A stretch of 64,000 bases of DNA, taken from the NCBI GenBank assembly GCA_965198175.1, contig OZ240245.1, positions 1,888,001 to 1,952,000 on the forward strand, in the 5' to 3' direction. The position numbers and the translations under genes are program-made. The notes beneath the pieces are model-generated. The model was given only the letters and a program-made list of their open reading frames with translations, did not search any database and was not told the origin of the DNA. Below, one piece after another: positions 58,311 to 64,000 of this stretch; the first letter of the stretch is position 1, and every line of letters starts with the position of its first letter. The stretch comes from Candidatus Poribacteria bacterium. Lineage in GTDB: Bacteria > Poribacteria > WGA-4E > PCPOR2b.

Positions 58311-59621
58311 ATGTTTCGGTTTAAACCAAAATTGCGCAGTACCGTTACGATTAGTTTGCTACTTTTGGCTGTTGGAATGCTGGGCGTCACGCAGGTGAAT
58401 GCCGGGCATCATGAAGTAAAAATTGGGGTACTACACTCGTTAAGTGGTACAATGGCAATCTCTGAGACCTCTCTCAAAGACGTTGTCCAGATGGCGGTTG
58501 AAGAGATTAACGCGGATGGCGGCGTGATGGGTAAGCAGATAAAACCAGTCGTCGTTGACCCGGCTAGTGACTGGGACCTGTTCGCTGAAAAAGCCAAGGA
58601 TTTAATTGTTAAAGAAAAAGTCGCAGTTGTCTTCGGGTGCTGGACATCTGTGAGCCGGAAATCTGTCCTCCCTGTTTTTGAGGAAAATAACTCTCTGCTT
58701 TTCTACCCGGTTCAGTACGAAGGTGAAGAGCAGTCGCTTAACGTTTTCTACACTGCCGCGTCTCCAAATCAGCAGTTGGTTCCTGCGGCGGAATACATGA
58801 TGGAAGAAATCGGGTCCAAAAAATTCTACCTTCTGGGAACGGACTATGTATTTCCACGTACGGCGAACAAGGTGTTGAAAGCGTTCTTGAAGACGAAGGG
58901 TGTCCCCGATGAGAACATAGTCGAGGAGTACACGCCGTTCCACCACCAAGATTATCAAACCATCGTAGGGAAGATTAAGACATTCGCCGCGGGTGGCGAC
59001 GCTTGTGTGCTTTCCACGATTAACGGCGACAGCAACGTGCCTTTCTACAAGGAATTCGCCAACCAAGGGTTGACATCCGACGACTGCCCGATTATGGCGT
59101 TCTCTGTCGCGGAAGATGAGTTGCGAGCGATGGATGTGCCGCCTCTCGTTGGACACCTCGCCAGCTGGAATTATTTCCAGAGCATAAAAACGCGCGAAAA
59201 CAAGAAATTTGTTAAGAACTTCAAGGCGTTCTGCGAGCGGAATAATCTGCCCGGTGGCTCAGACCGGGTCACGGATGACCCGATCGAAGCCGCTTACTTT
59301 GGCGTATACGTCTGGAAGGCGGCTGTTGAGAAGGCAAAGTCCTTCGATGTTGATAAGGTCCGAGAGGCTGTCTACGGCTTGGAATTTGACGCACCCGGCG
59401 GCAAGAAGATGATGCACGCAAGCAACCAGCATACGCTCAAGCCGGTTTACGTCGGCGAAATCAAGAAGAACGGTCAGTTCAAGATTGTCTACAAATCAGA
59501 TGGATTAGTTTCGCCCGATTCCTACAGCAAATATCTCCACCCGGATGGCAATTTCCCCGCACCGACCGGCGGTCCAAAGGCTAAGGATGGAGATGTAGCC
59601 GTTGAATCGTCCGAAGAATAA
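58311..59621 (+). CDS. urtA: Urea ABC transporter substrate-binding protein
   Basis: GVLHSLSGTMAISE, FGCWTSVSRKSVLP, YPVQYEG, GTDYVFPRTAN, STINGDSN. Confidence 0.95.
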   Translation: MFRFKPKLRSTVTISLLLLAVGMLGVTQVNAGHHEVKIGVLHSLSGTMAISETSLKDVVQMAVEEINADGGVMGKQIKPVVVDPASDWDLFAEKAKDLIVKEKVAVVFGCWTSVSRKSVLPVFEENNSLLFYPVQYEGEEQSLNVFYTAASPNQQLVPAAEYMMEEIGSKKFYLLGTDYVFPRTANKVLKAFLKTKGVPDENIVEEYTPFHHQDYQTIVGKIKTFAAGGDACVLSTINGDSNVPFYKEFANQGLTSDDCPIMAFSVAEDELRAMDVPPLVGHLASWNYFQSIKTRENKKFVKNFKAFCERNNLPGGSDRVTDDPIEAAYFGVYVWKAAVEKAKSFDVDKVREAVYGLEFDAPGGKKMMHASNQHTLKPVYVGEIKKNGQFKIVYKSDGLVSPDSYSKYLHPDGNFPAPTGGPKAKDGDVAVESSEE

Positions 59622-59812
59622 CTGAGCTTGTGCCCCGCCGTTAGAAAGTGGCTCTTTTGCCAAAGTCTAATGGCTTTTTATTTTAAGAGAGTTCGGAAAG
59701 CGTAAGGTGTCTTCGGATGCTTTACGCTTTCCGAATTACATCTTGCAAATCGAACTTTCGCAAGGTCAAAATCCTCCCACTTTCTTGCGAAGGCGATCTG
59801 AGGTGTATCCCC

Positions 59813-61543
59813 ATGCCGAAAGTCAGTATTCTCTACAAAATCCTCGCACTCTCTCTCTTACTACAACTCATCAGCGCTTCTTGTATCCGTTCCGCTCGTG
59901 CAGACGATGGGTTCATCCGCTCTGAAATCCACAAACTCATCAGCGAAAACACTGCAGCCCGCAGAGCTGCTGTCATCGCGCTGGCAAAAACCGGTGACAT
60001 GCGCGTGGAGCCAATTCTCGAATCGTATAAATTGGGCGAACTTTATCTTTGGAGTGATATGGTTGTTCTCTGCAAAGAGATTATTGAGGACGAGGATTTC
60101 AACGAATTCTGCCGTGTCTCAGACGTACTGACCGGCGAACCAATTTTGGATGCAAACGGAGAGTCGCATGATGTCCCGGTGGAAGAACTTGAGGAGATTA
60201 GCCCATCAAGGTCAGAACGCAAACTTGCAAATAGTGCTAAGTTTCTTCTCAGGCTGTCATCGCCAGATCGCGAGGTCCGGATGTCAGGCGCTAAGAAATG
60301 CGGTGACCCACTGGGCATTGCCGAATCAGTACCCCAACTCCAGGAGATGTCAAAGAGCGACCCGGTCAAAAAAATGCGGTATATCGCCAAGGAAAGCCTG
60401 CTTCTCATCCGCTTAAACCAGAAGTCCTTAGAACTAGACCCTCGTGCCCATCTTGAAATTGCCCGTGAGTTGGGAAACATGAAAAGTATGCGGGGGCGAC
60501 CGCAGTTGCAAGTACTGTTCGATAGACTGATGAAAGGCGCCAACGAAGCCAACCTAGTTAACGAAGACGCTGGGAAAACGTATAAATTCGCGATTGACCA
60601 GATTGACGGTTATCAAGGTTTCGTGGGGGGGGTCGGCAATATATTTCGTGGGATTTCGCTCGGATCTGTCCTCATCCTCATGGCGCTGGGACTTGCGATT
60701 ACCTTCGGTCTGATGGGGGTCATCAACATGGCGCACGGCGAATTGATGATGATTGGGGCTTACGCGACTTTTGAGATGCAAAGATTGTTCGGTCATACGC
60801 CAGATAACCCATCTGACTGGTACTATGTCGCCGCGCTTCCTGTATCATTTCTGACAGCGGCTCTCGTTGGCTATATCATGGAGGTGTTGGTCGTCCGTTA
60901 CCTGTACCAGCGTCCATTGGAGTCGCTACTAGCAACATGGGGGATTGGGCTTGTCCTGATTCAACTTGTCCGCATTCGATATGGCGATAACATCGGCGTC
61001 AACGCCCCGACTTGGGCACGTGGGGGACTTGAAATTGTGCAAGATCTCATCCTCCCTTACAGCCGTTGCTTTATTATTGTCCTGTGCGGCATGTGCGTGC
61101 TGCTAATCTATTACCTGATGAACTACACCAAGTTGGGTTTGCGGATGCGGGCGACCATGCAGAATCGTAATATGGCAAGCAGCGTAGGGGTGAACACACA
61201 ACGCGTGGACCGGTACACCTTTGCCTTTGGCTCCGGGATCGCTGGAGTTGCAGGCTGCGCTTGGACGCTTATCGGCGGTGTCACACCGGATATGGGACAG
61301 ACCAATTTCATCATTGATTCGTTTCTCGTCGTTGTCACCGGAGGTGTGGGTGAACTTATCGGCGTTATATGTGCGGGACTGGGCATTGGTGTGCTGACGA
61401 AAGTGGTTGAACCGACGCAAATCGGTTCTTTCGTTGTCGGTGCGATTTGGGCAAAAATCATACTTCTGATTCTTATTGTCGCATTTATCCAGTTTAAGCC
61501 AGCAGGTCTGTTTGCACCGAAAGGCAGGCTCAGCGATGTTTAG
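59813..61543 (+). CDS. urtB: Urea ABC transporter permease with N-terminal soluble domain
   Basis: GLAITFGLMGVINMAHGE, RPLESLLATWG, IIDSFLVVV; start set at ATG 59813. Confidence 0.92.
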   Translation: MPKVSILYKILALSLLLQLISASCIRSARADDGFIRSEIHKLISENTAARRAAVIALAKTGDMRVEPILESYKLGELYLWSDMVVLCKEIIEDEDFNEFCRVSDVLTGEPILDANGESHDVPVEELEEISPSRSERKLANSAKFLLRLSSPDREVRMSGAKKCGDPLGIAESVPQLQEMSKSDPVKKMRYIAKESLLLIRLNQKSLELDPRAHLEIARELGNMKSMRGRPQLQVLFDRLMKGANEANLVNEDAGKTYKFAIDQIDGYQGFVGGVGNIFRGISLGSVLILMALGLAITFGLMGVINMAHGELMMIGAYATFEMQRLFGHTPDNPSDWYYVAALPVSFLTAALVGYIMEVLVVRYLYQRPLESLLATWGIGLVLIQLVRIRYGDNIGVNAPTWARGGLEIVQDLILPYSRCFIIVLCGMCVLLIYYLMNYTKLGLRMRATMQNRNMASSVGVNTQRVDRYTFAFGSGIAGVAGCAWTLIGGVTPDMGQTNFIIDSFLVVVTGGVGELIGVICAGLGIGVLTKVVEPTQIGSFVVGAIWAKIILLILIVAFIQFKPAGLFAPKGRLSDV

Positions 61544-62774
61544 AAAAACTGTAACTGTGCAGTCAAACAATCGAGGGGCTGACGAAGCGAGGTTCCAATC
61601 TATCCGGGCAAATGGACTGAGATTAAAGATGGAAAATGCGGAAAATGCAGTAACCAGTGGATGGTCAATTCTTCTCCAGCGCTATGTTCCGTGGACGCTA
61701 CTTTTCATCGGCTTAGTCCTCATTCCGCTGTTGTACTACACAGGTCTAATCACCATCGGGACAGTGAACATGCTCGGTCGGTACATGGCGTTCGCAATTG
61801 TCGCAGTGGGGCTAGATCTCATCTGGGGCTATACTGGCATTCTTAGCCTCTGCCAATCTTTCTTCTTCGCGTTGGGCGGCTACGCGATGGGGATGTATTT
61901 GGCGCACCACGGTGGTCCGGAGGGAATTATAGACGCCAATAGCTGGAAAATCCCCTCCTGCCTGTACGTCGTTTATCCGTACAAAGTCGGCGAAGCACCG
62001 GGGGACGCTTTGGTTCCATGGTTCTGGAAGCCCTTCTATACGCTTCCGGTGACAACGCTCCTAGGTTTGCTCATCCCAGGGTTAGCCGCTTTGGCGATCG
62101 GTTATTTCGGTTTTCGGAGTCGAGTTCGCGGGGTCTATTTCGCTATTCTGACACAGGCAATTACGGTGGCAGGGTGGTTAGTGTTCTGCATGAACAATAT
62201 GAAACTATGTGGCACGAACGGACTGACCCGGTTTGATCGAATTGCGGGGTTCAAATTAGCAAGCCCTAATGTCAAAGTGAGCCTGTATATCCTCACACTT
62301 CTCTCGCTTGTTGGCGTCTACGCCCTTTGTCGTTACGTCGTTAAATCTCGTTTAGGACGTGTCCTCATCGCCATTCGAGATGACGAAACTACCTTGCGTT
62401 TTTCGGGTTACAAACCCTACATCTATAAGCTATTCGCTTTTGTCCTTGCGGCCATGATCGCTGGGCTCGGTGGGATGCTTTACGCGCCGCAGATGGGTAT
62501 TTTTACGCCGACGAACATGGTGGCGAGTGCGTCCATTTTGGTTGTTGTCTGGGTCGCAGTTGGCGGGCGCGGCTCTCTTTCCGGCGCGATTCTCGGCGCG
62601 TTAACGGTAAATCTACTTTATAACTTTTTTACCTCTGAGAAGAACTTCTTCCTGTTTGTCTGGAAGGCAGAGTATTGGCAGTTTATTTTGGGCGGGCTAT
62701 TCATTGGGGTTGTGCTCTTGTTCCCCGGTGGTTTGATTGATTTGTGGCGCCGCTTGGTGGGTACTGCGAGATGA
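61536..62774 (+). CDS. urtC: Urea ABC transporter permease
   Basis: LDLIWGYTGILSLCQ, RSRVRGVYFAILTQA, GTNGLT, AIRDDE; start uncertain (61536 or 61629). Confidence 0.92.
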   Translation: MFRKTVTVQSNNRGADEARFQSIRANGLRLKMENAENAVTSGWSILLQRYVPWTLLFIGLVLIPLLYYTGLITIGTVNMLGRYMAFAIVAVGLDLIWGYTGILSLCQSFFFALGGYAMGMYLAHHGGPEGIIDANSWKIPSCLYVVYPYKVGEAPGDALVPWFWKPFYTLPVTTLLGLLIPGLAALAIGYFGFRSRVRGVYFAILTQAITVAGWLVFCMNNMKLCGTNGLTRFDRIAGFKLASPNVKVSLYILTLLSLVGVYALCRYVVKSRLGRVLIAIRDDETTLRFSGYKPYIYKLFAFVLAAMIAGLGGMLYAPQMGIFTPTNMVASASILVVVWVAVGGRGSLSGAILGALTVNLLYNFFTSEKNFFLFVWKAEYWQFILGGLFIGVVLLFPGGLIDLWRRLVGTAR

Positions 62775-62980
62775 GAATCAAAACCGAGAAAGGGGAAACC
62801 TCGTCTTTCGGAAAAACCCGGTTTCTCAGGGTGAAGGGGAAAGCGTGTTCGCGTTTCTAATCTTTGCATCCCTGCACAGCCCCAAGAGACTCAATTCTCT
62901 ACCCTAGGTCGGGGAAAAAATTGTCCAGAAATGTCATTGTGACTACCCCTCAAAAATAGATTGAACAAACCGGTTTTAAT

Positions 62981-63781
62981 ATGGACCAAGCCCAACGAAT
63001 CGCCGAATATAGAGAGTACAGCCCCCGAGCTAGTCGACTATCTGAAGAGCGATTTCTACTCTTTCTGGAAGGTGTTACCGCGAGCTTTGACGGATTCAAA
63101 GCGTTAGACATAGAGGCATTGGGAATTGAACATAACGAACTCCGTGTCATTATTGGTCCCAACGGGGCGGGCAAAACAACACTCTGCGACGTCGTAAGCG
63201 GTAAAACTCGACCGACAACCGGATATGTCTTTTTCGATGGCGCCGATATTACCTATCAGACGGAAGAGGAGATTGCGTTGCGGGGAATCGGAAGAAAATT
63301 TCAGACGCCGACCGTTTTCGACAGCCTCACGACCTACGAAAATATGGAACTCGCCCTTCCCGGTCACTACCATTTGTGGCCCAACCTGTTTGGGGACACA
63401 ACGAAAGCCCAGCAGGAGCACATCTTGGAGATTCTAGAGCGTGTGGGGCTCGCAGATGCGTTAGATCTTGAAGCCAAGTACCTGAGTCACGGACAACGTC
63501 AGTGGTTGGCAATTAGCACGCTCATCCTATCGAACCCCAAGTTGCTCCTCGTTGACGAACCTGCCGCCGGTTTAACGGATGCCGAAACGGCGTTGACTGC
63601 CGAACTCCTCCTCGAACTGAAGGGTGACCATACGCTTATCGTCATCGAACACGATATGGATTTTGTACGCCAACTCGATTCATTCGTGTCCGTGCTGAAT
63701 GAAGGTGTTATCATGGCGGAGGGAACAATGCAAGAGGTTCAGCAAAACGAGGAGGTCATTGAGGCGTATCTCGGACGGTAG
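62981..63781 (+). CDS. urtD: Urea ABC transporter ATP-binding protein
   Basis: GPNGAGKTT, GIGRKFQTP, LSHGQRQWL, IEHDMDFV. Confidence 0.93.
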   Translation: MDQAQRIAEYREYSPRASRLSEERFLLFLEGVTASFDGFKALDIEALGIEHNELRVIIGPNGAGKTTLCDVVSGKTRPTTGYVFFDGADITYQTEEEIALRGIGRKFQTPTVFDSLTTYENMELALPGHYHLWPNLFGDTTKAQQEHILEILERVGLADALDLEAKYLSHGQRQWLAISTLILSNPKLLLVDEPAAGLTDAETALTAELLLELKGDHTLIVIEHDMDFVRQLDSFVSVLNEGVIMAEGTMQEVQQNEEVIEAYLGR

Positions 63782-63848
63782 AACCGACAAAATAGGCAGA
63801 CAAGAACAAAAGTAATATCGGTCCAGCAGTACAGAGGTTCATTGGGAT

Positions 63849-63883
63849 TTACGTTTTACGCATTACTCGTTACGCATCGCGTA
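63849..63883 (+). repeat. Degenerate heptamer tandem repeat
   Basis: TTACGTT TTACGCA TTACTCG TTACGCA TCGCGTA. Confidence 0.5.
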
Positions 63884-63894
63884 TCACCAAAATC

Positions 63895-64000
63895 ATGCTA
63901 ACAGTCTCAAATCTCTCATTCTCATATGGAGAAGTCCAAGTATTGCGGGGGGTAGATATCTACGTGCCCGCCGAGACAATTGTCTCTATGATGGGACGCA
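63895..64000 (+). CDS. urtE: Urea ABC transporter ATP-binding protein, 5' part only
   Basis: MLTVSNLSFSYGEVQVLRGVDIYVPAETIVSMMGR runs off the window just at Walker A; follows urtD. Confidence 0.8.
   Translation, partial: MLTVSNLSFSYGEVQVLRGVDIYVPAETIVSMMGR

Overview
A 64 kb bacterial chromosomal window, about 45-50% GC by eye, mostly + strand genes. Protein signatures (C-terminal 'NYPNPFNPETWIPY' FlgD/T9SS-like domains, WD40/LRR/Big mosaics, a LamG protein ending 'KLTTAWARLK') suggest Candidatus Poribacteria or a relative; this is an inference. Housekeeping and transport genes include murB, glycerate kinase, MscS, a LolD/FtsX ABC pair, acetolactate synthase, thiO, purE, tsaE, and porin-urtABCDE behind a sigma-54 promoter. 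A PhnD/PhnC/PhnE-type ABC set is split by about 12.4 kb of accessory DNA. That DNA holds a GIY-YIG-like gene, a DNA methyltransferase and a REase-like gene separated by an M16C peptidase, two more nuclease-like genes, an IS3 end, and a duplicated module. The module is antitoxin, broken ParE/RelE toxin, then a 125-bp promoter plus putative structured RNA leader, with a different secreted cargo gene behind each copy. Intergenic DNA carries several repeat families: a 30-bp GATCAAGCGAACGGATAGTGAGTGCGATAG family, GTAG REPs, and a 136-bp TATA-bounded MITE/REPIN in two inverted copies. No rRNA, tRNA, CRISPR array or intact transposase/integrase was recognised. All calls are by eye; no database searches were run.
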